NCBI GenBank assembly: GCA_016212505.1
Contig: JACRGB010000010.1
Span: forward strand, 26,758 to 90,757
Length of the DNA: 64,000 bases
DNA from: Candidatus Micrarchaeota archaeon
GTDB lineage: Archaea; Micrarchaeota; Micrarchaeia; Anstonellales; Bilamarchaeaceae
Direction: 5' to 3'
A model generated the notes under the pieces. It was not told the DNA's origin. It did no database searches and saw nothing but the letters and a program-made list of their open reading frames with translations. A program made the position numbers and the translations under genes. Positions within the stretch are counted from its first letter, which is position 1. Every line of letters begins with the position of its first letter. Shown here one piece after another: positions 42,643 to 51,790 of this stretch.

Positions 42643-43140
42643 ATGGGAAAAACAAAAGCAGCAAGCTATATTCTTGTTCTTTTAGCTTTGGTAGTAATTA
42701 TTGGCGCATCTTATTTGATAATTGCTTATGCGACAGACATACTAACGGCAATTGTGGATTTTGTCACTACAAATGATTTTGCAAAACTTAGGCAATGCGG
42801 GGTTGTCATGCCAGAACAATTCAACAAGGTAAAAGGAGACCTTACGGCAGTCATACTTCCTGCAATGTATCTTGGCCTTCCATTACTGCTCATCATAATA
42901 GGTGCAATAATGTTTGCAGCTGGAATGCAGTATAAGAAAAGCAAACTTGAGGAAGAAGTAGAGCGGCATGAAAAAATGGAAAGGGAAATGGTCGACCGGA
43001 TCGCGAAGAAAATGAATCATGAACCTCCTCCACGTCAAATGCCTCCATCAAAACCAATGATGGGCAGGAGAGAGATGGAGCATGAAGAGGAAGAACACGA
43101 GGAAGAGCAACGGCCAACCAGACCAACGCCAAGAAGATAA
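42643..43140 (+). CDS. Two-TM membrane protein with a charged low-complexity tail
   Basis: Two hydrophobic helices, GGTGA ribosome-binding site, Glu/Pro/Arg-rich C-terminus. Confidence 0.7.
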   Translation: MGKTKAASYILVLLALVVIIGASYLIIAYATDILTAIVDFVTTNDFAKLRQCGVVMPEQFNKVKGDLTAVILPAMYLGLPLLLIIIGAIMFAAGMQYKKSKLEEEVERHEKMEREMVDRIAKKMNHEPPPRQMPPSKPMMGRREMEHEEEEHEEEQRPTRPTPRR

Positions 43141-43161
43141 TTGGGGAGAATGAATCAGAAT

Positions 43162-43284
43162 GGTTCATCAAAATCCCGTAGCTTTTTCGGCTACGGTGTC
43201 ATGTTCGACGATTCGAACATGAGCATGCTCGTGAATGCTTATCATTCGCAACATCTTTCGATGAACTGCGGTTCATCAAAATCC
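43162..43284. repeat. 15-bp direct repeat flanking a 93-bp hairpin-rich insert at the gatD 3' end
   Basis: GGTTCATCAAAATCC at 43162..43176 and 43270..43284. Confidence 0.8.
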
Positions 43285-44645
43285 AATGTTGAGCGGGAGG
43301 AAATCTCGCCAACAAGGTTCTTTTCCATCAGTTCTTTTATTTTTTTCATATCTTTAGTCTGGCCAAGAACCCAGGATAATTTTGCAAAAGCAGTTTCAGG
43401 AAGATAATCGCAGCCATCGCCAATAACTCCTGCTTCTTTTAGCAGCCTGCCGGCAGAATAAACATTCAGGTTGAGTCTTCCGGAAAGGGTTTGCGGAGCA
43501 AAAACCACCGGGATATTGGATGAGATAAGTTCCTTGATAGGTTCGAGAAGGCTTTTCGAGTGTTTTTCTCCAAAGGGATTAGTTGCAACATGACCCATTC
43601 CGGTTGCAATGACAACAGCTCCATCGTATGCACTCAGATGTTTGAAAAATCCGGGCTGCATACCAGGATGAAAATACGCCATTGCAACATTGTCGGACAT
43701 TTTTGTGTTTATCTCAATCTTACCAACATCAGTAGAACGAGGCTTGGTTTCCTGAAGTTTTTCAAACTTGTTGCTTGCATAGTCAATTTTTGCCAGGGGA
43801 GATGCATTTATGCTCCTAAAAGCATCCCTTCTTGAAGTGTGCATTTTCCTTATCCGTGTCCCGCGATGAAGAAAAGCAAATGAATCGTTACTTTCGCCAT
43901 GCATACAAACTGAAACTTCTGCAAAATCCGCCTTTGCCGCAAAAATTGCATTTAGCAGGTTCTGCTCATTGTCGCTGCTTGGCCGGTCGCTCGAGCGTTG
44001 GGCACCAACAAAAACTATCGGGACCGGGAGGTTTTGGAGCATGAAACTAAGTGCAGCACTGCTATAGCCTAGGGTATCGGTTCCGTGCATAAGCACAATT
44101 CCAGTTACCCCTTCCTTTATTTCAGCAATGCAGGCTTCGGCCATTTGTTGCCAATGCCAAACTGACATATCTTCTGAAAAAATAGAAAATAATTGTTTGG
44201 TGTGGATTGTGGAAATTTTTTCGATTTGCGGAAATGACGCCCTTAGCTCCTCGGGCGATATTGCCGGATAAACTGCACCGGATTTGTAATCAACTTTGCT
44301 CGCAATAGTGCCACCACACCCAAGGACCACGACTTCGCCAGCACTTCCATTAGCACCAATATGTTTCTCGGGCGAATTGGTTGGTTTTGCAGTTTTGATG
44401 TTTGTTGGCTTTGTTAAAGAAGATTTTGAAACTATTTCTATTGAAGTTGGATCATTTAGTGAAAGCGGTGCAATGCCGACATTGTATCCGGTATTGAGTT
44501 TTATTATAAGAACGCCTTGGTCACCATATTCTGGACGTGGCATAAGAAGGCCGATAAATTCTCCGGAACTTGAGACAACCTTTACCTGATCCCCCAGCGA
44601 AATTTTCTTTTGCTTGAGCAGTTTTTCTATTTCAGGTGCGTACAT
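43242..44645 (-). CDS. gatD: Glu-tRNA(Gln) amidotransferase subunit D
   Basis: KLNTGYNVG, GGTIASKVDY, HGTDT, GAQRSSDRPSSD and RKMHTSRRDAF. Confidence 0.96.
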   Translation of the reverse strand: MYAPEIEKLLKQKKISLGDQVKVVSSSGEFIGLLMPRPEYGDQGVLIIKLNTGYNVGIAPLSLNDPTSIEIVSKSSLTKPTNIKTAKPTNSPEKHIGANGSAGEVVVLGCGGTIASKVDYKSGAVYPAISPEELRASFPQIEKISTIHTKQLFSIFSEDMSVWHWQQMAEACIAEIKEGVTGIVLMHGTDTLGYSSAALSFMLQNLPVPIVFVGAQRSSDRPSSDNEQNLLNAIFAAKADFAEVSVCMHGESNDSFAFLHRGTRIRKMHTSRRDAFRSINASPLAKIDYASNKFEKLQETKPRSTDVGKIEINTKMSDNVAMAYFHPGMQPGFFKHLSAYDGAVVIATGMGHVATNPFGEKHSKSLLEPIKELISSNIPVVFAPQTLSGRLNLNVYSAGRLLKEAGVIGDGCDYLPETAFAKLSWVLGQTKDMKKIKELMEKNLVGEISSRSTLDFDEPQFIERCCE

Positions 44646-44684
44646 AAAAACACTTTACTTATGCGTACTTACTCTAATACGTAC

Positions 44685-47600
44685 TTACTCTATGATCTTG
44701 TAAATCTTAACAGCATTGTCTGGGGTGGAGTAGACCAACTTAAATCCAGGCAGGTCATTGAGGAAGAATGCCCGGTAGAGGTTGGATTCATAGAACTTGC
44801 TTTTATGGTCTGTGTATCCGGATTTAACTTCCCCATTTTCAAGCCACATAGCATCATTTGTATAGAAAAGGGTAACTGAAGTCACATCACCCATATGATA
44901 AGTTTGGGGTATTTGATAGGCAAACTGGAATAGAGCCTTATTGAGCTTAAGGTCGCCATTTGGATAAGTCTGGCTGAGTTCATATGGTGCGAAACTTTGT
45001 TGGCCATTGGCAAGAGTAGTCTGGCCAACGCAGTAAGTCGGAACTGCCCGGATGGCATTCTTACAAAATGCAACCTTCTGCTCACTATCGGGGTTTACAC
45101 AGTCACCAGGGTAGTACGGGATGTATTGGTCGCCGGCATATATTTTATACGCAGTAAAGCCGGTTTTGTTTGATATTTTAGAAATAGTACATGGATTTGA
45201 GGTGGAAACAAAGATCGTATCCCATAGGTGGTCTGCTTCACATTTTGAAGCGCCAGGGGATTGTGCAACAGTAGTCTCATTTTTCCAGGCGCAGGAAAGG
45301 TAATTGAGCGCACCGTATTTTCCTCCCAGCGAGCCACCGTTCATCAGAAGCTCGGCATCAAATAACGCGTACTTGCTGTCGTGGGATTGCATGAAAGATT
45401 TCAAATCCTGCGGGGTGCCGTCCAGGTAAGCCTCTGCAACCTGTCCTATCATACTATGGGAAACGTGTTCATTTCTTAGAGTGGTATTGCGCTGACCGAA
45501 GAAGTTGATCCAATGGCCATAGTCCCACCATGAGGTTACCCTTGCAGTCGGTTCTGTATTATCCCTTATCCATTCCATAGAATTAATCCAATAAGAAGAG
45601 ATGCGCTGGCAACGGAAGAAAACTGCCTGGGTTTCCCAAGGCGGGGCTGCATTTGAGTTTTGAAGATAAGAGGGGTTTGAATAGATTGAAAGTGCACAAA
45701 GGCTTTGGTCATATTGGAAATTAGTGCCTTTGGAAGCAAAACCGATCGGATCTTTGGCTGCAGAACAAACAGTGTTATCACCGCCGGAAGAACAAAAAGT
45801 TTGGAATTTAGCTGAAAGGGCCGCAGGATTATTCTGGTAAAGTGGCTGGAATGAGCCCCAGAGGACGGAAATCGGGAAAATATGATAAATGAGCTGGAAG
45901 AAAACAAGGGCCATGCCAATCCAGAGAAGAGAGTTGTAGATTTTTTGTTCGTTGATTTTCTTGAAGTTATCCCGGAGGAGGGAGAATGCCGGTTCTATGC
46001 AAAACCCGATGGCCAGTGAAAGGGCAAAGGCCGCATAGGTCACTAATTTTGCCTTGAGGATGCCGGTTACGAAGGGAGGAAAGATAATTGCCACAAACAA
46101 AACAAACAGGTTGTCTTCTTTTTTGTTAAACCTAAATAAAGAATATACTACTAAAACCGCGTAGAGGAACACCCAGAAAAGAAGAAGGCTGCTGGCTTTG
46201 GAATCAAACCCTGCAGAAGTTCCGAACAGGCCGTTTAGGATCGACACCATCACCCCAAGGCCCATGTTGACTATGGTAGATATTGGAAGAAATATGAGAG
46301 AAATTATCGAAGTTAAGATATTTGCGAGGTTATCCACTAGTTGGGGAGATTGATTAAGGAGAGAGCGGAGCGGGTAGAGGATGGTGGAAATAACATCGGA
46401 ATAGGTTGCTGCAATAAAACCTATTTCCTGGCCAAGGTCACCTCCGGCACCAGACTGCTCTGCAATGGTCCGGTCTAAAGGTTTATTGTATGAAGCCCAG
46501 GAAAAACTACTACCGCCAAAGTCCTTAACATATTTTCCAAGGGGTGTAGCAGCATACACGATCAGGGCAACAACAAAGAGCGTTAGGAGGAATGAGGGTG
46601 CGTTTTTCTTGTCCGGGAATTTTATTGAGAAAACATATAAGGCGGCTGCAAAAAAGATCGCAAGAAGATATGGGACGAGGAGGGAGAGCCCGATTGTGCC
46701 CGAGCGGAAGAGAGAAATCACCAGTGACTGCCCAATAACCGAACCAAGTGCAAAAACTATGCCGTTCAGGATTAGCAGGTGCTTAAGTTCTTCAGTATTC
46801 TGGGCATCATCTCTTAGGAAAAGGAGAATGGACTGGACAACGGTATAGATCATAACTGCTGCAAGCCCCAAGCTAAATCCATTACTTCCTATTGCCAGCG
46901 CAAAAAATCCAATGCCGGCGATAACTGAAAGTTTTAGTTCTTTCCGTTTAATTGCAAATGCATACATCGCATAGAAGAATGTTAGTGCAAAAAGGGTGTA
47001 GGGAACTACTTGCTGTTCGCCTGCAGTAAACTTGTATATTAAAATAGGGGTAAAAGAAGCCAGGCCTGCGGCAATGACGCCCCATTCCCGTCTCCCTGAA
47101 AGCGAAACAAGGAAGTATATGAAGAACAAGGTCATGGCAGTAACTATTGCAGGATATATAGACGCTACAAGGGCAAGGAGCATATTATTGTATGCGCCTC
47201 CGCCAGTATAGAGAGAGTACCAAACTGCTTCTAAATAAGAGAGCGCCGGAATTTCCCTATGGCTCACGGAGACTTCAGGATACCAGGCAGTTTGGTCATT
47301 AAAGAAATTCCCCCCAAGAGTAAGTATTTGCTGCGGGACATAGGTATAGTAATAGGGGTCAAGCTCCTGAAAAATCGGGGTATAGCTGCTGATCCTTATC
47401 AGGTAGGAGATGACGATTATCACTATTAGTGCGAGTGTTATCAGGTTGGTTTTAGAAGAAGTAAACTCTTTAAAATCAAAAGAGAATACTGGCATTTTGA
47501 AGTTTTTAAGTTCCAAAACATCCTCGTATAGTTTTGAGTGGAAAAGAAATACGAGCGCAATTAAATAAGTAACTGCTACTGCGAGCAATGCAATAGAATA

Positions 47601-47807
47601 ACTAAATTTAATGCCCAGGATGAAGAACAGGAGGAAGGGGGTTAGGGGTAGGATTATAGTTCCTAGGGCAAAACCTATGAAAAGTTTTTCAATAAATAAA
47701 AGATTCTCATCTTTTCTAAATAATGAAAATGAAAGAATGGCGCCCGGAATCCCGGAAGAAACAATAAACCAAAACAAAATCATCAGAGGCTGGAAATCCA
47801 AAAACAC
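44685..47807 (-). CDS. aglB: Oligosaccharyltransferase AglB (STT3 family)
   Basis: ELDPYY, TIAE and SWWDYGHW motifs; many TM helices. Confidence 0.92.
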   Translation of the reverse strand: MFLDFQPLMILFWFIVSSGIPGAILSFSLFRKDENLLFIEKLFIGFALGTIILPLTPFLLFFILGIKFSYSIALLAVAVTYLIALVFLFHSKLYEDVLELKNFKMPVFSFDFKEFTSSKTNLITLALIVIIVISYLIRISSYTPIFQELDPYYYTYVPQQILTLGGNFFNDQTAWYPEVSVSHREIPALSYLEAVWYSLYTGGGAYNNMLLALVASIYPAIVTAMTLFFIYFLVSLSGRREWGVIAAGLASFTPILIYKFTAGEQQVVPYTLFALTFFYAMYAFAIKRKELKLSVIAGIGFFALAIGSNGFSLGLAAVMIYTVVQSILLFLRDDAQNTEELKHLLILNGIVFALGSVIGQSLVISLFRSGTIGLSLLVPYLLAIFFAAALYVFSIKFPDKKNAPSFLLTLFVVALIVYAATPLGKYVKDFGGSSFSWASYNKPLDRTIAEQSGAGGDLGQEIGFIAATYSDVISTILYPLRSLLNQSPQLVDNLANILTSIISLIFLPISTIVNMGLGVMVSILNGLFGTSAGFDSKASSLLLFWVFLYAVLVVYSLFRFNKKEDNLFVLFVAIIFPPFVTGILKAKLVTYAAFALSLAIGFCIEPAFSLLRDNFKKINEQKIYNSLLWIGMALVFFQLIYHIFPISVLWGSFQPLYQNNPAALSAKFQTFCSSGGDNTVCSAAKDPIGFASKGTNFQYDQSLCALSIYSNPSYLQNSNAAPPWETQAVFFRCQRISSYWINSMEWIRDNTEPTARVTSWWDYGHWINFFGQRNTTLRNEHVSHSMIGQVAEAYLDGTPQDLKSFMQSHDSKYALFDAELLMNGGSLGGKYGALNYLSCAWKNETTVAQSPGASKCEADHLWDTIFVSTSNPCTISKISNKTGFTAYKIYAGDQYIPYYPGDCVNPDSEQKVAFCKNAIRAVPTYCVGQTTLANGQQSFAPYELSQTYPNGDLKLNKALFQFAYQIPQTYHMGDVTSVTLFYTNDAMWLENGEVKSGYTDHKSKFYESNLYRAFFLNDLPGFKLVYSTPDNAVKIYKIIE

Positions 47808-47936
47808 AGGTTCACCAATTTTTCAATTCATTTAGATTCGTTCTATTCAATTAATTTGTGCCATTTTTACATTTTTAACTAAATTAAACCTCTTTAGCTT
47901 CCTTAATTAACTTTCTTAATTAACTAAGCTTTAAAT

Positions 47937-49022
47937 TCAGAGATATTCTAGGTCTTTTCCGCCCAGATCTTCATTAGCGGCCTGCGAACTTTTACCAAGT
48001 ATGTATGGTGATTTTACACCGGTTATTATTGCGGTTATCCGGATAGTGTCGGAAAGGTTTGGGTTCACTCTTGCACCCATTTTTATTGAGGATTCTGGGT
48101 CAAAACTTGCGGTTAACAGCTCGCCGGTCTTAATTGCATCGCCAAGGCTCAGGTCTGGGCCGCCATCCAAATGTATGAGGCATCCTTTTGCCCCTTCATA
48201 ATCAACATCAAGCAAGGGGTGGGATAATGTGTCTTTTACGACATCCTGCACTTTATTGGCACCTTTGCCTTCGCCAAGTGAGATCATGGAAAGGCCGCCA
48301 TCCTTCATAACTGATTGAACATCTGCATAATCTACATTTATGAGGCTAGGAAACATTATTGTATCTGAAATTCCGGTCACCGCCCGGGTTGTTATTGAAT
48401 CTGCATACTCGAAGGCTTTGGTCAGGGTGAGATTTGGGAAATACTTCGCAAGCCGGTTGTTATCTATTACAACTACAGTATCACAAACCTTGACTAATTC
48501 GTTTAATGATGCCTGGGCCCTTTTGATCCGAACACGCTCGAGCGCAAACGGGTATGTTACCATTGCAACTACGATCGCGCCTTGCTCTTTGGCAACTTCA
48601 GCAACAACCGGCGCCATTCCACCACCAGTTCCGCCGCCCATGCCGGCACATAAGAAGACTAATTCGTTTTCTCCAATTTCTTTTTTTAGTAATGATCGAT
48701 CAACTTCAGCGCATTTTCTGGCAACAGTGGTATCGCCGCCTGCACCAAGCCCTCGAGTAATTGTTTTTCCTGCCAGAACTTTCTGGTGTGCTTTGATCAT
48801 ATTAAGGTGTTTTCCGTCAGTATTGATCGCGATGGTATTTGCGCTTTTTATTCCGCCTTCGTAAATGCGATTTACGCAGTTGCAGCCGGCACCGCCGACA
48901 CCGATAACTGAAATTCGTACACCATTGTTTTCGACCGGCTCGGTCTGCGCACTGGTGAGTTGGGTTGTAACTGTTTTGCCATCGGTAGCTGCTTTGATTA
49001 TATCGTCGAACATAGAGATCAC
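47937..49022 (-). CDS. ftsZ: Cell division protein FtsZ
   Basis: GVGGAGCN, GLGAGG, GMGGGTGGG and INVDYADV. Confidence 0.97.
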   Translation of the reverse strand: MISMFDDIIKAATDGKTVTTQLTSAQTEPVENNGVRISVIGVGGAGCNCVNRIYEGGIKSANTIAINTDGKHLNMIKAHQKVLAGKTITRGLGAGGDTTVARKCAEVDRSLLKKEIGENELVFLCAGMGGGTGGGMAPVVAEVAKEQGAIVVAMVTYPFALERVRIKRAQASLNELVKVCDTVVVIDNNRLAKYFPNLTLTKAFEYADSITTRAVTGISDTIMFPSLINVDYADVQSVMKDGGLSMISLGEGKGANKVQDVVKDTLSHPLLDVDYEGAKGCLIHLDGGPDLSLGDAIKTGELLTASFDPESSIKMGARVNPNLSDTIRITAIITGVKSPYILGKSSQAANEDLGGKDLEYL

Positions 49023-49353
49023 CGATAATTAACGCCTAATAGAATTCCGGTATGTAGAAATACACGAAAAGAAATATAAATCCGTAGTTGTGGTTTACAC
49101 TCGTCAAGAATATAATTGCAGGAAACCGCAGAATCAGAAGGAGGGATGGGTGGACTGCGGCCCCTGCAGATTTAATTCTGGCAAATCGAAACGGTTAACA
49201 TTTAAAAAGCTTTACCTGATTTTGAATAAAAGTGGGCAAAAATTAGTGAAAAGATTACAGTGAAAGACCAGCGGAAAATGTAGATCGGTTTTTATTTTCT
49301 TTATTTTAAGATTATTAACAGCGCATTAGAAGAACTTGTAGATAGGTAGTACC

Positions 49354-50301
49354 ATGTCCAATCTTGAAAGCGAAATTTTCGGGGAAAAAATGAAAAACCC
49401 CATCATTCTTGCTTCAGGGATTCTTGGAACTACTAAGGCAAGTTTGGAAACTGCCTGCGACAATGGATGCGGGGCAGTAATTACAAAATCCCTTTCCATT
49501 GAACCTCGCAGAGGCCATGAAGGCCCGAATATCGTCGAGACAGAAGGCGGGATAATGAACGCAATGGGTTACCCTAACCCTGGAATTGACTTGGGTTTAA
49601 AAGAATTTGGAAACTGGAAACGAAACGAGCCGCTCATAATTAGCATTGTTGGAAAAACTCCTGAGGAATTTGCAACACTCGCCGAGCGAGTGGAAGAAAA
49701 CAAAAAACAGCTGGGTGCAACTGCAATCGAGGCAGTAATCTCATGCCCCCACACTCCGGGATATGGAACCATGGTTGGGCAGGGAACTCCCGAATCAGTT
49801 TCAGAAATAACTCGCAAAATAAAGGACAAAACCAAACTTCCGCTCATAATTAAGCTCTCCCCTTCAGTGCCAGGTGAGGGAAAAGCAGCCCAAGCGGCTG
49901 AAGAGGCAGGAGCTAGCGCGATAAATATGGGAAATTCTCTTGGGCCTGGAATGAAGATCGACATAAATAGGCGAAAACCAATGATCGGATTTGGAGTTGG
50001 TGGGCTAACCGGGCCTGCAATAAAACCAATTGCCATTCGTTGCGTTTATGATATTCACCGCTCGGTAAAAATCCCGATAATCGGGACGGGCGGAATAACT
50101 ACTGGTGAAGATGCAATAGAAATGATGATGGCTGGAGCTTCCTGGGTGTCTGTTGGCACTGCAGTATATTATAGGGGGCCAACTGCATTTAGCCAGATTG
50201 CAAAAGAAATGGACGGTTGGATGAAGAAAAATAATTATAGTAGCTTGAAGAAAATAGTTGGTGCTGTGCATGATGTCCATAAAAAATCCGATGTTTACTA
50301 A
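49354..50301 (+). CDS. pyrD: Dihydroorotate dehydrogenase class 1B catalytic subunit
   Basis: NPIILASG, TKS, NAMG, SCPH, KLSP and GGLTGPAIKP. Confidence 0.95.
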   Translation: MSNLESEIFGEKMKNPIILASGILGTTKASLETACDNGCGAVITKSLSIEPRRGHEGPNIVETEGGIMNAMGYPNPGIDLGLKEFGNWKRNEPLIISIVGKTPEEFATLAERVEENKKQLGATAIEAVISCPHTPGYGTMVGQGTPESVSEITRKIKDKTKLPLIIKLSPSVPGEGKAAQAAEEAGASAINMGNSLGPGMKIDINRRKPMIGFGVGGLTGPAIKPIAIRCVYDIHRSVKIPIIGTGGITTGEDAIEMMMAGASWVSVGTAVYYRGPTAFSQIAKEMDGWMKKNNYSSLKKIVGAVHDVHKKSDVY

Positions 50302-51091
50302 TCATGTGATAAAAATCATTGAGGAAAATTACCGTGTCAAGACCTTGGAGATAGGCCACAACATGCAAAGCGCACTTCCAGGGCAGTTCCTGATGGTTTG
50401 GGTTCCTGGAGTGGGCGAGCGGCCAATGAGTATCGGCAACAGCAACCCACTAACCATATCAGTAGCGGATGTTGGAAAAGTCTCAAAAGAAATCTGCGCT
50501 TTGAAAGTTGGAGATGTGATTTCTTATCGGGGGCCATTTGGAACTCCGTTTTGGATTCCTGAAAAAAATAGCAGTGAAAACGATAGCAAAGCCAAACAAA
50601 ATATTTTGGTCATTGGCGGTGGTTATGGAATTGTTCCCATGTACTTTTTATCCAAAATCGCAAAAGAAAACAAAATTAATTCAACCGCAGTTATTGGCGG
50701 ACGAAGCGATAAAGATATCATTTACGAAAAACAGCTTTTTGCAGTTTGCAAGGAAGTTTTTGTAGCAACTGATGATGGTAGCAGGGGAAAGAAAGGAACC
50801 GTAATGGCTGAAGCTGATTTTCTAATTAAAAGCAAAAAGTTTGATTGCGTTTACGCCTGCGGACCGGAACGAATGATGCATACGGTTGCGCATCTTTGCA
50901 AAGAGCATGGAGTACCCTGCCAGGTCAGCGTCGAGCGATACATGAAATGCGGATTTGGTGTTTGTGGGTCTTGCGATTGCAGCGGAAAGACTGCCTGTGT
51001 CAATGGGCCAGTCATGAGCGGAGAAGACGCACTGAATCTGCCGGAATTTGGAAAAGCGCATAGAGATGCTGCGGGACGATTGGAAAGTTAG
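50270..51091 (+). CDS. pyrK: Dihydroorotate dehydrogenase electron-transfer subunit (start uncertain)
   Basis: PGQF, RPMS, GGGYG, ACGP and ERYMKCGFGVCGSC [2Fe-2S] motif. Confidence 0.93.
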   Translation: MMSIKNPMFTNHVIKIIEENYRVKTLEIGHNMQSALPGQFLMVWVPGVGERPMSIGNSNPLTISVADVGKVSKEICALKVGDVISYRGPFGTPFWIPEKNSSENDSKAKQNILVIGGGYGIVPMYFLSKIAKENKINSTAVIGGRSDKDIIYEKQLFAVCKEVFVATDDGSRGKKGTVMAEADFLIKSKKFDCVYACGPERMMHTVAHLCKEHGVPCQVSVERYMKCGFGVCGSCDCSGKTACVNGPVMSGEDALNLPEFGKAHRDAAGRLES

Positions 51092-51102
51092 TTTAATCTG
51101 CT

Positions 51103-51136
51103 TACCAAAAATTTGGTAGCTACCTATAAATAGGTA
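51103..51136. promoter_or_regulatory. Two tandem 16-bp palindromes over the ribB promoter
   Basis: TACCAAA-AA-TTTGGTA (51103..51118) and TACCTAT-AA-ATAGGTA (51121..51136); the second contains TATAAA. Confidence 0.72.
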
Positions 51137-51154
51137 AACTAACAAAAATAAATT

Positions 51155-51790
51155 ATGAGCAATGCTGAAAAAGCCCTAGCCGAGCTAAGGCGAGGCCACA
51201 TCATCATAGTTTATGATGGGGATGAGCGCGAGGGCGAAGCAGATCTTATTTTCCATGCTAGTTTTGCTAGCCCAGCTAAGATAGAGCTGCTCAGAAAAGA
51301 TGCTGGCGGACTTATTTGCGCGGCGATAGGCTTAGGCTATGCCAAAAAATTAGAGCTGCCATTTTTTACTGATTTACTTGATGAATCAGACAAGAAAATA
51401 TGCCACATAAGCTGCAGGAAAACTGCCTATGGGGATAAGCCGGCATTCTCATTGCCAATAAACCATTGTGAAGTTTATACTGGAATAACGGATAATGATC
51501 GGTCACTTACACTAAGAAAGCTAGAAGAAGTGCTAAGCAAACGGATAGGCGATTTTGAAAATGAATTTTATTCACCTGGACACGTTTTCCTTTTGATAGG
51601 TAGAGGAATTGAAAACCGAAAAGGGCATACTGAGCTTTCACTCGAACTTGCCAAAAGATCCGGGCTAAGTGAGGTCATGGTGCTCTGCGAAATGCTTGGC
51701 AGCGGAAAGGCACTTTCGAAGGAAAATGTTAAGCTCTATGCTAAAAATAATGGCCTGGTTTTTATTGAAGGGAAGGATGTGATAGGATGA
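51155..51790 (+). CDS. ribB: 3,4-dihydroxy-2-butanone 4-phosphate synthase, archaeal type
   Basis: YDGDEREGEADL, GGLIC, TGITDNDR, PGHV and GHTE. Confidence 0.95.
   Translation: MSNAEKALAELRRGHIIIVYDGDEREGEADLIFHASFASPAKIELLRKDAGGLICAAIGLGYAKKLELPFFTDLLDESDKKICHISCRKTAYGDKPAFSLPINHCEVYTGITDNDRSLTLRKLEEVLSKRIGDFENEFYSPGHVFLLIGRGIENRKGHTELSLELAKRSGLSEVMVLCEMLGSGKALSKENVKLYAKNNGLVFIEGKDVIG

Noticed and set aside
43177..43269. Canonical BHB mRNA intron in gatD
   Set aside because: I could not build a 3-4-3 bulge-helix-bulge at the junctions, so it is reported as an insertion with a direct repeat instead
47900..47926. Short direct repeat CTTAATTAACT after ftsZ (similarly TAATCTAT twice before gyrB)
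   Set aside because: Two copies in very AT-rich DNA could arise by chance; there is no supporting context
49117..49168. Archaeal SECIS element
   Set aside because: The internal loop does not match the GAA/A pattern, and no UGA-interrupted selenoprotein gene is evident nearby
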